A DNA stretch of 64,000 nt from Octopus sinensis (lineage: Eukaryota): contig NC_043005.1 in assembly GCF_006345805.1 (NCBI RefSeq), positions 9,238,001 to 9,302,000 on the forward strand, given 5' to 3'. A model generated the notes under the pieces. The model had not been told where the DNA came from. It did not search any database and worked only from the letters and a program-made list of their open reading frames with translations. The position numbers and the translations under genes were made by a program. Each line of letters opens with the position of its first letter. Positions within the stretch are counted from its first letter, which is position 1. Below, one piece after another: positions 37,149 through 50,869 of the stretch.

Positions 37149-37430
37149 TATGTATTATTGAAGCGCGGCATCTAACTTCCGTTAGTCATTGCCTCCGCAA
37201 TGGCTTTCTCAAATTGCTGAAATCGCCCAAAACATTTTATCGATCGTTTAAGCTCGCTGAAAAAAACCACGACGATTAACACTTTAGCACTCAAAAAGAG
37301 AATTAACATCACCGTTTCATTTTTCATTTCATCGTCATTGGCGTACTTTATTTTTCATCATAGTAAGCATGTGCCACTCTTCTGCAGTAATATATATCGA
37401 CGTTGCAGTCCTGAACGTGCTTACCTGCTA

Positions 37431-37640
37431 CTAGCAGTATCGCCTGGCGTTGCTCGGGATTGTTTCGACCTTTTAGAATTTGAATTTTTGAAAAGTAAAC
37501 ATTGTGCATTATGTAGCTTGTTATTCTCTTTAAGTGAACATTTTTTTCTGGTTGAAGTACACCAAAAAATGGCGACACAGCAGTCAAAAAATCGTAAGAA
37601 AAATAGGGATTTTCATAGAAAATAATTTGTAATTTGTGGG
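37431..37640 (-). mobile_element. Helitron 3' end fragment (5' limit uncertain)
   Basis: ctagcagtatcgcctggcgttgctcggg is the same hairpin+CTAG terminus as at 11329. Confidence 0.7.
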
Positions 37641-37989
37641 CAACAAAGAAATAAGTAATTCCTTCAATAGTTCATTTGCAACATTAGAAAAGAGTTAACG
37701 TAACCGTTTCCCGTAAATTAATAGTGAATTTAACATAACCACATATATCATGCAGAGTGGAATATGAGAGAAATCATGAAGTGAATTATATAGATAGTCC
37801 TTCTCCCAAGTGTGAAACGATAACGATCAGACATAGGCTGATGTGGGCATCATTATTGTAAATTTTAATATTTACCCATAGAAAGCCTTGCCATTGAGAG
37901 AATGAAGCACATGCTAGTTCGTGCCCTGATTTTGAGTTTGTTTTCTGTTAACTTAGACTCCGTATGTGGTTGTAAGCCCGTGTTTACTT

Positions 37990-38136
37990 GCATACATACA
38001 TACATACATACATACATACATACATACATACATACATACATACATACATACATACATACATGCATTCATACATGCATACATACACACATACATACATACA
38101 TACATACATTCATACATACATACATACATAGATATA

Positions 38137-38170
<34 letters not shown>

Positions 38171-38250
38171 TACATACATACATACATACTTACATACATA
38201 CATACATACATACATACCTACATTCATACCTACATACATACATACATACA

Positions 38251-38313
<63 letters not shown>

Positions 38314-38327
38314 CATACATACATACA

Positions 38328-38358
<31 letters not shown>

Positions 38359-38362
38359 CATA
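37990..38362. repeat. (TACA)n microsatellite
   Basis: Direct reading. Confidence 0.95.
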
Positions 38363-38575
38363 GTCAATCCAAACATGAACAAGCAAGAAAAAAAAGCAAC
38401 AACGCGAAGACGTGGAATAAATGCAGTGTTATTTGACGCTCAGGAAAGGAAAGAAAAGAAAGAGGATTTCACGTTTCGAGTGGAATCTCTTCATCAGAAA
38501 TATAGAAAAAATCCAAAGAAGGGAAGTCGGAGAAAGAAAATCGCCAACGATACACACACGGTCGCATATTGAAAA
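38362..38575 (-). mobile_element. Hammerhead-bearing repeat fragment (probable Penelope pLTR)
   Basis: Homologous to 39945-40160; minus-strand HHR at 38466-38501: AUUU-CUGAUGA-A-GAG-auucca-CUC-GAAA-CG-UG-AAAU. Confidence 0.6.
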
Positions 38576-38670
38576 TCATACATACATACATACATACATA
38601 CACACATATAAACATACATACATGCACACATTTACATAGGCATGCATATATATATACATATATATACAAA

Positions 38671-39825
38671 TCTATTATATAAAATCACTTGTGTCTTTCT
38701 GTATGTGTGTGTCTTCTACGATGTCGTGCATCCTCCATCTGACTGCGCTCAAATTTGATATATAGATACCAACGGTATCAGGGCGTATATAAGTCTTCAA
38801 AAAATTACAAAAATCGATTCCAGGTGAGAATGCGATCGATAAAACCGCGGAAAAGTGCATTTGTACGCGCAAGTACATCAGTCGAAATCCATCTTTTTCC
38901 GGTGTCTCAAATCTATATATATAAAACTGTAGTTGTGTGAGTGTCTGTCCCCTTCGATTTAGATTCCTAACTACTCCCACATTTTGCGGTGCAGTTTAAC
39001 CAAATTCGGGTATCTTATAGTCGTGAGTCATATCGATCCCGTCTGGGTATTAGCGAGCGTCTACAATGAGTCTACGATTTTAAAAATAATTTAACATCAT
39101 TTTTTATTCCATTTTAATGCATATTTTTTCGTGTGTCGATGGCGGTGGAGTTGGCGTCCATGCTCACATCTGCACCTGTGTTGCTTCTCCCCCTTCTTCC
39201 CTCCCTCGTGAAGCTGTGGGGAAGGGAGTGGAAGGAAATCAACGTCGTAAAGCGTTGTCAAGGAGACCAGCGTTCTTTTAGAACAATGACTTCATGGCTT
39301 GAAGTCGCCAAAACAGAAATCGCTAAAAAAGCTGAAACAGATCCACAAAAACGGCAATTACCGCCACACAGGGCAGGTTTCCTGTGCAAACAATTTGCAA
39401 AACCGAATGTTTTAGTTGTTGCACAAATCTTTATATATAAAAGTAAGGTTGTGTGTCTGTCTCCTACGATTTAGATTCCTAACTACTCCCACATTTTGCG
39501 GTGCAGTTTAAGCAAAACCGGGTATCTGATAGTCGTGATTCATATCGAGCCCTTCTGGGTATTAGCGCGCGTCTACGATGAGTCTACGATTTAAAAAAAA
39601 AATTACCATCATTTTCTATTCCATTTTAATGCACTTTTCGCTATTATATAAGGGAAGTAACACTCTAAAAATGTATACGATGAGTCAACGATTTAAAAAA
39701 CAATTACCATCATTTTTTATTCCATTTCTAATGCATTTTTTGCTATTTTTTTGATATAACTCACTAAAAATGCTTATATAGTTATTTCCCTTACAAACCC
39801 GAGCAACGTCGGGCGATACTGCTAG
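38671..39825 (+). mobile_element. Composite Helitron: 5' ends at 38671, 38912 and 39428 sharing one 3' end
   Basis: a|TCTATTATATAAAA, a|TCTATATATATAAAA, a|TCTTTATATATAAAA; hairpin cccgagcaacgtcggg and CTAG|t at 39822-39826. Confidence 0.75.
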
Positions 39826-39845
39826 TATTTGATAAAAACAGTGTC

Positions 39846-39935
39846 GGGACGGTCGGATAAGTTGTTTTCACAAAATTTGGTTTAAATGTTTGACAACTTA
39901 GCACCGTCCATTGGACGGGGGCGTTTTGCTCGTAT
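39846..39935 (+). repeat. Dispersed repeat also present at ~51-140
   Basis: gggacggtc.ga.aagttgtttt...aaaatttggtttaaat...cgtccatt.gacgggggcgtttt.ctcgta. Confidence 0.75.
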
Positions 39936-39944
39936 ATATATATA

Positions 39945-40160
39945 GTTAATCCAAACAAGAAAACACAAAAAAAAAACACAGCAACGCGAGGACGTAGAAC
40001 AAATAAGGTATTATCGGACGCTCAGGAAAGAAGGGAAGAAGGAGGGTTTAACGTTTCGAGCGGATCTCTTCGTCGGAAACAAAGGAGAAGGAAAGATCCC
40101 GAGAAGAGAAGACAGAGGAAAAAAATTACTGGCGGTGCTCACGAGGTCACATATGCATTC
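39945..40160 (-). mobile_element. Hammerhead-bearing repeat fragment (probable Penelope pLTR)
   Basis: Minus-strand HHR at 40046-40080: GUUU-CcGACGA-A-GAG-auccg-CUC-GAAA-CG-UU-AAAC. Confidence 0.6.
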
Positions 40161-40625
40161 ACACATATATTTATATATACATAAATACACATAAACTTAT
40201 ATGGCATAAATACACACAAACACATATGCATATACAATTAACAGACAATTACGTAATGATGATTACATCAACTTTCCTTTAACCGTTTCTGCAGGTAATG
40301 CCACTTATGTAATAGTATTTACCTTGTTTTGAAATCATTGCGTTTCAATACTGGAAACATCAATGTTTATTTGATTGAGAAGTAGAATGCCACAAACATA
40401 TTGAATCATAAATATATATATCGGGAAATAAGATTAATTAGTACAGACGCATCGAGTCATTCTAATTAACTGGAGATTATTTTATCTGTGTCACACCTTA
40501 TATAAACGGATCGAAAGTGTATCATATTACGGGAAAATTCAATATTTTCGTCTTGACTTGGAAAACACTACGTACTATCGATATGAAGTTATATCAAGCT
40601 AGATGGTGTCAACAACATCTAAAAT

Positions 40626-40815
40626 TGGAGGCGCAATGGCCCAGTTGTTAGGACAGCGGACTCGCAGTCGTAAGAACGCGATTTCGATTCCGAGACCGGG
40701 CACTGTCAGTGTTTATTGAGCAAAAGCACCTAAGCTCCAACAGACTCCGGGGGGGAGGGATGAACCCCGCTGTAATCTTACACCACAACTTTCTCTCACT
40801 CTTTCTTCCTACTTC
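40626..40815 (+). mobile_element. tRNA-derived SINE family B, 5' part
   Basis: tggaggcgcaatggcccag..gttagg...ttcgattcc (A/B boxes); same family as 54945-55340. Confidence 0.85.
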
Positions 40816-41721
40816 TTCCACAAAGCAAAGGAACCATGGTGTAACCCACTACGGTGTGGTAAACTTTCAAACCCTAGTCTAGATTGCGAATCTTCTGTAC
40901 TCCAGGATGGTTCAGCTCTGCACCCGTTAAAAGCCACCGTTTACGGAATGTGAATAACAACATAGCTTTCGCGCCCGTGCAACCGCCAGTCTGTCGCGTG
41001 TGGTGTGTGGATCTTCAAGTTGCCACACGCATTCTTAGTAGCTTAGAGTAGGCTCGAATTAGAGATTATTCTTCGTGGCTAATGCCATGAGTCCTGATTG
41101 GAAGAAGAAGATGAACAACAACAACAACAACATCTAAAAAGAAGTTATATGCAAGGAACTTGAAAGTAGCAAATGCCTTGCGAAAATTTCAAAACATAAC
41201 GTGTGTGTATGTGTGTGCATGTGTGTGTGTGTCTGAATATCACTAATTAATCCTAAATAATTTTTTTCATTTCTGAAGTAACCTAAGGCTCATAATTTGA
41301 GTCATAAGCATGAGTCAATCAAGCCAAACTATAGTTAATGATCAAAGGATGAAAGGTGAAGCCAACTATATAATCCTTTTGGCAATGCGAAAATTCTTTG
41401 CATAATGCTGCTTTCAGAAGAGATTACAAATGCCGTCAAATAGTTATGAACTCTGACATACCCAATAATATACTTCGATTAAAAACGTAACACTTTAACA
41501 AGCATCATGACAAGAAAAAATTTTTTTTGTGAAGTAAATTAAAGGTATAGTTCATCTATGGTTAAAGCAGTTCTTGGTATTTTAAGAGACTTTGATATGC
41601 TACTATTATTTGCTTTGAGTTACTAACTCTGAGACAAAACTAGGATTTGCCCAAAATGTCGAAGTCACTGTCAACAACATTCTAGTATAAAAGATATTTA
41701 TAAAATTATATATGTGTACCA

Positions 41722-41722
41722 C

Positions 41723-41793
<71 letters not shown>

Positions 41794-41829
41794 AATCTAT
41801 CTATCTATCTATCTATCTACCTAACTATA

Positions 41830-41872
<43 letters not shown>

Positions 41873-41930
41873 TTATCTCTCTCTCTATCTATCTATCTAT
41901 TTAAATATATGTCTATCCATCTATCCATCG

Positions 41931-41996
<66 letters not shown>

Positions 41997-41997
41997 A

Positions 41998-42033
<36 letters not shown>

Positions 42034-42072
42034 CATCTATCTATCTATCTGTCTATCTATCTATCTTTCTAT

Positions 42073-42111
<39 letters not shown>

Positions 42112-42288
42112 CCTAACTATATGTCTGTCTGTCTGTTGTGTCTCTCTCTTCTCTCTTTATCTCTCTATCTCTATATCTATCTATTTAAAATATATGCTAC
42201 ATCTACCATCGATCTATCCATCGATCTATCTATCTATCTATCTATCTATCTATATATATAAATATCTATCTATCTACGTAACTATCTG

Positions 42289-42372
<84 letters not shown>
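41722..42372. repeat. (TATC)n compound microsatellite with internal block duplication
   Basis: ctacctaactatatgtctgtctgt... block occurs twice. Confidence 0.95.
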
Positions 42373-43331
42373 AATAATTGTCGTCCAGTGACGTAATGTT
42401 GCAAGTTGGTAATATATTTGCACGGCTTGGTTTACCACTAAAACTCTTGCTTGAACTGCAAGTCAAAACCAGCTGATGTCGAGGCTGCCTATCAAAACCT
42501 GGCTAGAAATGGTTCGTCGTTGAACGGTCGGATATTTATCAGTAACAGAATGAACAAGCAAAATATCTGATATCACATGTTAGAACCTTTGATTTAGAAT
42601 ACATAATTTAAACATAAATGCAGAGTAGTTGCAGTATATAGGTAAATAGGTAAATAGGAATTTACGATATTCTATATTTAAATTATATATTATAAATTAC
42701 ATATATACATGTATCTATGCATGAAGTGCTACATGTTTTGCTCGAATGTTCTCCGTTTCTAACACACGCACATAACACGCACAAACACACACGAAGACGC
42801 ACACTCAGATATATTTATATTTACGCACATACATACACATGTACACATATAATAAAAATTTGAAATAAAGTTGAACCTATAGATCAATCTCTCATGGTAG
42901 TTCTATCTTCGATGCTCACATGTTGCGAGATGCAGCTATTTTCCTTTGTAACAGAACAACGCACCATAAAAGAAAAATGTTCTCTACTCCAGAGCACTTC
43001 CTAAATATTACATATTTCTGTTAGAATTGCCTATGGTGTATATGTCGCATATCAGTTTAGAATTATGAAAAATTTATAAACCATATAATAAAAAAAGAAC
43101 AAACAAAATGAAATTAAAACATGGTTTCAAAAGATTCGCACATCACATAAAAATGGAAAATTGCAACTGCAGAAATGTGCAGGTATTTCATTATAGATAT
43201 ATGGTAATACAATTATATAGCAAAAGTATAACACATTTCAAAAATGTTTCTGCAATTTAAGTAATTACAGTTAACGAAAAATTCATGCATCAACATTTTT
43301 CAGAATCTGAACGACGCTGATAAATCCTCTT

Positions 43332-43407
<76 letters not shown>

Positions 43408-43486
43408 ATATATATATATATATATAATATGTATGTTTATGTATTGTATGTATGTATGTATGTATGTATGTATATATGAATATTAA

Positions 43487-43785
43487 GGAGATGTACTTGC
43501 ATAGCAAGTGACCTGTTCTGAGATCGTGTGCTGGTACGAGAACAATAGCAGCGTGGAAGATGTTTATAAGCCAATTAAGAAGCACACAGAAACCGTTAGA
43601 TTCACTTCAACATTTAAATTTAATTTGTCAAAATATTTTCGTCGCTATGTGACCGCGACCTGAATTTTGTCAGCGAACAGGTCACGGTCTGAAAGCGACG
43701 AAAATATTTTGACAAATTAAGTGAATCTAACGGTTTTTGTGTGTTTCTTAATTGGCTTATAAACCCCTTCCACGCTGCAATTGTT
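43487..43785. mobile_element. Palindromic MITE-like element; right end abuts a SINE
   Basis: Arms 43541-43662 and 43678-43785 are reverse complements; family copy at 6834. Confidence 0.8.
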
Positions 43786-43790
43786 TATAT

Positions 43791-44200
43791 ATGAGTGGCT
43801 GTGTGGTAAGTTGCTTGTTTACCAACCACATGGTTCTGGGTTCAGTCCCACTGCGTGGCACCTTGGGCAAGTGCCTTCTACTATAGCCTCGGGCGGACCA
43901 AAGCCTTGTGAGTGGATTTGGTAGACGGAAACTGAAAGAAGCCCATCGTATATATGTATATATATGTATATGCGTGTGTGTGTGTGTTTGTGTGTCTGTG
44001 TTTGTCCCCCTAGCATTGCTTGACAACCGATGTTGGTGTGTTTAAGTCCCCGTTACTTAGCGGTTCGGCAAAAAGAGACCAATAGAATAAGTACTGGGCT
44101 TACAAAAAGAATAAGTCCCGGGGTCGAGTTGCTCGACTAAAGGCGATGCTCCAGCATGGCCCTAGTCAAAATGACTGAAACAAGTAAAAGAGTAAAAGAG
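43791..44200 (+). mobile_element. SINE family A, nearly full length
   Basis: gagtggctgtgtggtaag to tgactgaaacaagtaaaagagtaaaagag. Confidence 0.95.
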
Positions 44201-45170
44201 TATATATATGTGAATATACACACACACATATATATAAACGTATGTATATGTATACATACATATATATACACACACATACATAATACATCCATATATATGT
44301 ATGTATATGTAATATATATATACACGCATGTATATATATATATATATATATATAAACGCCCACACACCCACATATGTATGAATTTATGTATGTGTGCATA
44401 TACATGCTTATTTGTGTGGTGTTTGTGTATTGCTGGGCATGCCTACGCATATACTTCTGCATTTTAATGTATTTGTGCATCTATACGAAATGTTTTTTAA
44501 TTAGTGAATGTGTGTCAGTGATTTGCGAGCAGCTGCTATTCTTTATTGTATGTTTGTCACTAGTGCTAGCTAATTAATGATGTTTGGTCTATGTATGTAG
44601 TAAGTGTGTGTGTGTAGGGGGTCGAGTCTAATCGATCGCCGCGTATGAAATCAGTTTTGCTACACGTTGATAGAAATTAACTGGCGAAATCAGAGTTCAG
44701 CTGAATTTTATGAACGGCAAAACATTTAAACCTTGCTTATACACACATAAGCATACCACCAATCACGCAACGTGAGTATGCACACAATCACACACAAACA
44801 CACACACGCACACACACACACATACATACATACATACATACATACATACATACATACATACATACATGAATACATACATACATACATACATACATACATA
44901 CATACATGAAAAAAGAAACTGACCAAAAGATACACATATACAGACAAACGTTGGTCCACCTCCACACACTTGCACCTATGCATTTTCATAGATAAATAAT
45001 ACATATCTGCTTGTACATCGGTATGCATGTATATGAATACGTGTATATTTCCAAATGTCATTTTTATGTGGTAAATTCTGAAAATTTATTCCGGGTATGT
45101 AAGTGTAAATATTCCTAGTCATACTGGTTTATTGTTGAGACCCAAACTGCAGGTACCCTTTCAAATTTCC

Positions 45171-46590
45171 CTGAACCGAGACGCCAAAAAGTAGCAGCGT
45201 TGAATGCCGTGGGTGGCAGTCGCAAACAGTTGTCATCAAAACCGAAATGCACGTGCATTTTGTGGAGGTTATGGGTATAAAAATCAACTTGAACAGCGTC
45301 CCTGGCATTCATAATTTGAACCTCATCAGGTATGACCCGATTGTCAGCAGTGCAGGGAGAACAGGCTATCGGCCGATTGCAAGCACAGCAGCGTGGCCTG
45401 GTTGTTGCAAAAACTTACAATGTCCATGTCAGCACCATCTATCGCCTGCAACAGCGATACAGCAACACCAACAGCACTCTAGACCGTGCCTGCAGAGAGC
45501 GCTCCCGGGTGACCACGCCCAAGCGGGGCCGCTTCATTTACATGCAACATCCCCGTGATCACTTCAGACCGGCTAGCGTGACAGCTCGCGAGACCATAGG
45601 ACTGGACAGCGACTCATCAGCGACGATACAGTACGACGTCGACTGGCCGCCAACAACCTGCGTTGCCGTCGTCCTGCTCGAGGGCCTGTCCTCACCGCTC
45701 GCCACCGTCAGGCATGACTACAGTGAGCTACACAGCACCAACATTGGCGGCATCGACAACGGAGGTCGATAGTCTTCACCGATGAGAGCCGGTATTACGT
45801 TTCCACCTCGGATGGCAAAGTGACGGTGTAGCGTAGGAGGGGTGAAGGCTACAGAGACGTGTCATGGAGAGAGAGACGCATGTGTCATGAAGAGGGACGC
45901 ATGTGTCATGGAGAGAGACATATGGGGGCCCAAGCATCATGGTTTGAGGTGCTATAGGCCTGAAACAGAGAATTGGGCTTCATGTGTTCGAAAATGTTGG
46001 TAAAAGCAAAGGGAATGGCACCACAGCGCAGCGCTACGTTGACCAGATCCTAAAACTGTAGATTCTGCCCTTCTTCGCGTGTCACCATAGACACGTGTTC
46101 CAGCAGAACAATGCTCCCTCCCACACGGCCAGAGCCACCACGGAGTTTCTGTGTCAATACAACATCGCAACCATACCGTGGCCAGCTCTCAACCTGGAAT
46201 TGAGCCTAATTGAAAACTTGTGGGATGAAATCCAGAGACGGCTGAACCAGATGGTCCGAAGGCCGACAACTCGTGTGGAGTCGGGCGCAGATTAACTCAG
46301 GGTGTGGGCACAGGTGCCAATGTCTTTTGTGAACTGCCTCATGTACTCCATGTACCGATGGTGTATGGCCGTTCTGAACACGCAGCGAGGGCATACACGG
46401 TATTGAAGATGGCTCACCTTAGAATCTCGATGAGCTCACTACCAGAACACATGACAACAACCGATAGACTGTGGTCAGAGTGCATCCAAGATATTGACTT
46501 TATCAGATTTATCAAAATTTATTTCTGACATAATAAAATTAAAACATATTTAACAGTCACACACGTCTCGCGTTTCTTTTCGGTTCAGTG
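45171..46590 (+). pseudogene. Tc1-family transposon relic
   Basis: MTRLSAVQGEQAIGRLQA...HVSTIYRL (paired-like HTH), FTDESRY, FQQNNAPSHTA, WPALNLELSLIENLWDEI. Right TIR ends cggttcagtg|ta; left remnant ctgaaccga. Internal 3x ~22-bp repeat at ~45858-45920. Confidence 0.9.
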
Positions 46591-46629
46591 TATATATATA
46601 TATACATTAATACAGACACATCGAGCAAA

Positions 46630-46990
46630 ATGCTTCACAGTATTTCGCCCGTCTTTACGTTCTCATTTCAAATAGCTGTGAGTCGACTTCTCCTTTTATT
46701 CGCTTGAGGTCGATGAAATAAGTACCAGTTGAACACTTGGGCCGATGTTATTGAGTTATTATCTCCCCGGATCTTTGTGAATTGTGCCAGAATTTAAAAC
46801 AATATTATATATGTGTCTAAGGCATCGAGTTGGAAAAGTTGTTAGCACGCCACGCAAAATACTTAGCGGTTTTTCTTCCATCCTCACATTCTGAGGTAAA
46901 AGCGCATCCAGGTCGACTTTGCCTTTTATTCTTTCGAGGAAGATAAAACGAGTTGCAATTGAACGCTATGGTCGATGTTCTCGACATTCT
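46630..46990 (+). mobile_element. Two degenerate SINE family C copies
   Basis: gtcgacttctcctttt...gaggtcgatgaaataagtaccag and ttagcacgcc...aggtcgactttgcctttt. Confidence 0.7.
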
Positions 46991-47235
46991 CCGCAGCCTA
47001 ATATTGCTGGTTCTGTGCTAAAATTTGAAATCTGTATTATGGGTGTGCGGTGTATAATGCGTGTTATATATTTATGAAAATATATATATTTACATACAAA
47101 TACACACGTATATATGAGTGCGTGTGAGCGTTTAATTGTATATTTGCGTGTGTATGTGTGTGTGTGCATGTGCGCGTGTGTGTATCTGTGAAGCAAGTAC
47201 TATAATCATTTTGAAAATTGTCAAAAAGGTTAATA

Positions 47236-47802
47236 TTGGGTTGTCCGGAAAGTTCGTGCCAATTTATAGTAGCTTATCTTTCGACTTATTTTAGAACATG
47301 GTTCAGTCCATAAAATAGGATTTGACTACACCTCCATTTAGAGCACAGTATACGATATCTTTTCGTGGAAGAATGTTTATGTTCCTATAACCTCTGTTAA
47401 TTCTGTAACCCTTTAAAATGGAAGATAAGAAATTTCATTTTCGGCACTTGATGCCTTGGGAACCATACAAAAATTGTTGTAGCTCGGCTGGGATGTGTTA
47501 CCACGCCCTCCATATTGACCAGATATTGCTCCTTCGGATTTCCACTTATTCAGGTCTCTGCAGAATAGTTTTAATGGTAAAAATGTCAATACCTTGGATG
47601 ACTTAAAAAGACACCTGGATGAATTATTTGCCATGAATCCACCTCAATTCTGGGAAGAGGGTATTTTCAAGTTAAAGGCAAGATGGAGATGCATTGTGCA
47701 ACAAAATGGTTCATATTTGGTTGATTAAAAATGTAATGACAAGTATTTATTGACCTTTTTCTTTCCTTTAAAAATCGGAAGGAACTTTCCAGACAACATA
47801 AT
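47236..47802 (+). mobile_element. Internally deleted mariner
   Basis: Imperfect TIRs ttgggttgtccggaaagttc / gaactttccagacaacataa; MEDKKFHFRH start joined to WDVL..PY*PDIAPSDFHLFRSLQNS...NGSYLVD. Confidence 0.85.
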
Positions 47803-47836
47803 CCTTTCAGTATATTTTAACAAGTAAATAACAACT

Positions 47837-47880
<44 letters not shown>

Positions 47881-47883
<3 letters not shown>

Positions 47884-47966
47884 GAAGACACTTGCGAATG
47901 GTGCCATGCTGTAAGACTGAACCCGGAACCACGTGGTTGGTAAGGAAACTACTCACCACAAAGCCA
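47881..47966 (-). mobile_element. SINE family A head fragment
   Basis: gactgaacccggaaccacgtggttggtaag. Confidence 0.75.
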
Positions 47967-48314
47967 GTCCAGTATATATTGCTGGCAAAAGCAGTATCAA
48001 TACCGCGGGGTAATAATATTTATCCACACTTAAACATGGATATCATGTTAAAAAAAACAACTATATTGACATTTCGATGAAAATACACTCTTATTTATAT
48101 CCCCACCAGCACCAACGCCGAGACAGTCACATGATTTCAACGTTGCTTGGTCTTGTCAAAGTTGGACACCCGACCGCTAGAGGCAACAGCGATAAATCTC
48201 CCCGCTGCCGGCGATATATACAACGTCAGTCACAGAACAGGCACCGGTGTGGCGATTAGCCAGATACATACATATATATATATATATGTGTATATATATA
48301 TATATATACATATA

Positions 48315-48372
48315 TACTCTTTTTACTCTTTTACTCTTTTACTTGTTTCAGTCATTTGACTGCGGCCATGCT
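48315..48372 (-). mobile_element. SINE family A tail truncated by assembly gap
   Basis: ctcttttactcttttacttgtttcagtcatttgactgcggccatgct followed by Ns. Confidence 0.85.
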
Positions 48373-48472
48373 NNNNNNNNNNNNNNNNNNNNNNNNNNNN
48401 NNNNNNNNNNNNNNNNNNNNNNNNNNNNNNNNNNNNNNNNNNNNNNNNNNNNNNNNNNNNNNNNNNNNNNNN
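48373..48472. other. Assembly gap (100 N)
   Basis: Run of n. Confidence 1.
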
Positions 48473-48594
48473 ATGAATAAGTAAGACCAATGAAAGATAA
48501 AATTGCAGCCTAAAAAAAAACGTATAATTTTCAATCTAAATTTCAATACACAAACATACACACGAACACATGCATACACACACACAGACACACA

Positions 48595-48648
<54 letters not shown>

Positions 48649-48814
48649 ACACACCACACACACACCACACTTAAACGCTTGCAGACATATATATGGCTTT
48701 ATTGCTCATTTTATTTAGCACACACACATATATTTATATGTATATATATTATATATATATTCTATATTATATATTGTTTATATATATATACTTTATATAT
48801 ATGTTTGTACTATC

Positions 48815-48845
<31 letters not shown>

Positions 48846-48856
48846 ATATATTATAA

Positions 48857-48890
<34 letters not shown>

Positions 48891-48951
48891 ATATATATAT
48901 ACGCATATATTATATATATATATATATATATATAAACATATATATATACGC

Positions 48952-49008
<57 letters not shown>

Positions 49009-50015
49009 ACACATATATTCTTAGCAAAACAAATAGTGGCTTCATAAATCATTTAATTACTTATTTTAGACAGCTTAGTATTGCTGCATTTTTATTAAGT
49101 TGTCTGAGATGTCTCTAACAATGGATATCAATGAAAGAAAACTTTGACTATATAACGCTAGTTTTCTTTGCAGTCCCCGCTTGCTATATATAAGGATACA
49201 CATTGAGTAATACACATACAGGTTTCATATTAGCAATTGAAATTACACTACACACACATGCAAGCATATATAGATATGCTAGTGTGTGTATTTGTCTGGT
49301 GGCAAATTGGCAGAATGCTTGGAGTATCAGTCAGACATTTTTGTGATATTTTTTACTTCAAGATCTCTTCGCCTATTGTTCAAAAACTAACGAGAACAGC
49401 TTTCGGCTTCAATAAATGAAGTGCCAATCTTCTGCTAGATTGATGTTATTTTTCTATATTTGTCTTTTTCTATTCATTCTTCCATGGTGGAATCTTTTAT
49501 GGTCAGAGCTTGAGACAGGTAGGCTCCGTCAGATCAAAATATTCCCAAGTGTCGCAGCAGGTCTCAAGTACGACATTCAAAATTCAAGTGTCCAAAGCAG
49601 CGCAATATGCCTGCATAAAGCCACCTCTACCACACATTCATAAATATAATCATATGCACACAACTACAGACAAACATGCATACATACGTGTACATACATA
49701 CACACATACATACACACACATACATGCATATGTATATATTTGTATATATATATATAGATATATATATATATTATATATATATATATATATAATATATATA
49801 TATATTATATTGAGGGCATTAACTATACATAAAGCCACAAGCTAGGAGGGACTCTTAAAGTCAACCTACCAAAATAAATAATATATCTAAGAGAAAGATT
49901 GATGGATGTTTCTCTTATGAGGTTTGTCACGCTAACTACTTCGTTAAAATTCGTATGAAGATTTTATCCTATTTTTAGATTATATATGTGTATATGAATA
50001 TAATATATATATATC

Positions 50016-50072
<57 letters not shown>

Positions 50073-50662
50073 CATGTCATATATATGCATGTATGTATGA
50101 TATGATGCACGCACACACTCGCACGCATAATATGTGTATATGTGAGTATCTGCGCATGCGGTAATTTACGCCAGGCAAATTTATGCTTTCCTCCAACCGT
50201 ATAATACTCAGCGCGAACGCACAAACATGCACGCAAAACATACACATACATATACAGTATAATATAGATATTGCGTGACACATTTAAGTTCATAAAACTT
50301 ATGAAATGACTTATTTAGTCAACATACAGCAAGATGACTGTGGGTTTTATAGGCTTGCTGTAGATTTTGGAATTTTGGGGCTGTACTCATCAAGTACGTA
50401 ACTTCGTGGGAGATGGAATACGTAAGAAATAAGATTAAAAGTGCTACTAAAAGAAAGGCGTCAATTAGTTATGATAGAAATAAAATCATGAATTAATCAA
50501 TGAAATATCTTTGCAGGACTTGAATCTTTTCGTGCAATATATAATTTAATCGTATAAAACGTAACAATCATTCTGTGCAATATATCTTATATTTTCACTT
50601 ATATCACGGTCAATGCTTACATAATTAATATTCTAACTCCTTCGAACCGTAGCAAAACGAAC

Positions 50663-50817
50663 GTGGCAGTGTGGTAAAAAGTTTGCCTACCAACCACATG
50701 GTTGCGGGTTCAGTCAAACTCCGTGGCACCTTGGGCAAGTGTCGTCCACTATCGCCTCGGGCCGACCAAAGACATGCTAGTAGGTTTGGTTGTCGGAAAT
50801 GAAAGACGCCTGTCGTA
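50663..50817 (+). mobile_element. SINE family A, degenerate 5' half
   Basis: caaccacatggttgcgggttcagtc...gtggcaccttgggcaagtg. Confidence 0.85.
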
Positions 50818-50827
50818 TGTATGTACA

Positions 50828-50869
<42 letters not shown>

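Noticed and set aside
40626-40700. tRNA genes at SINE heads (also 35478, 51291, 52310)
   Set aside because: A/B boxes are present, but there is no complete cloverleaf and each continues into a SINE body.
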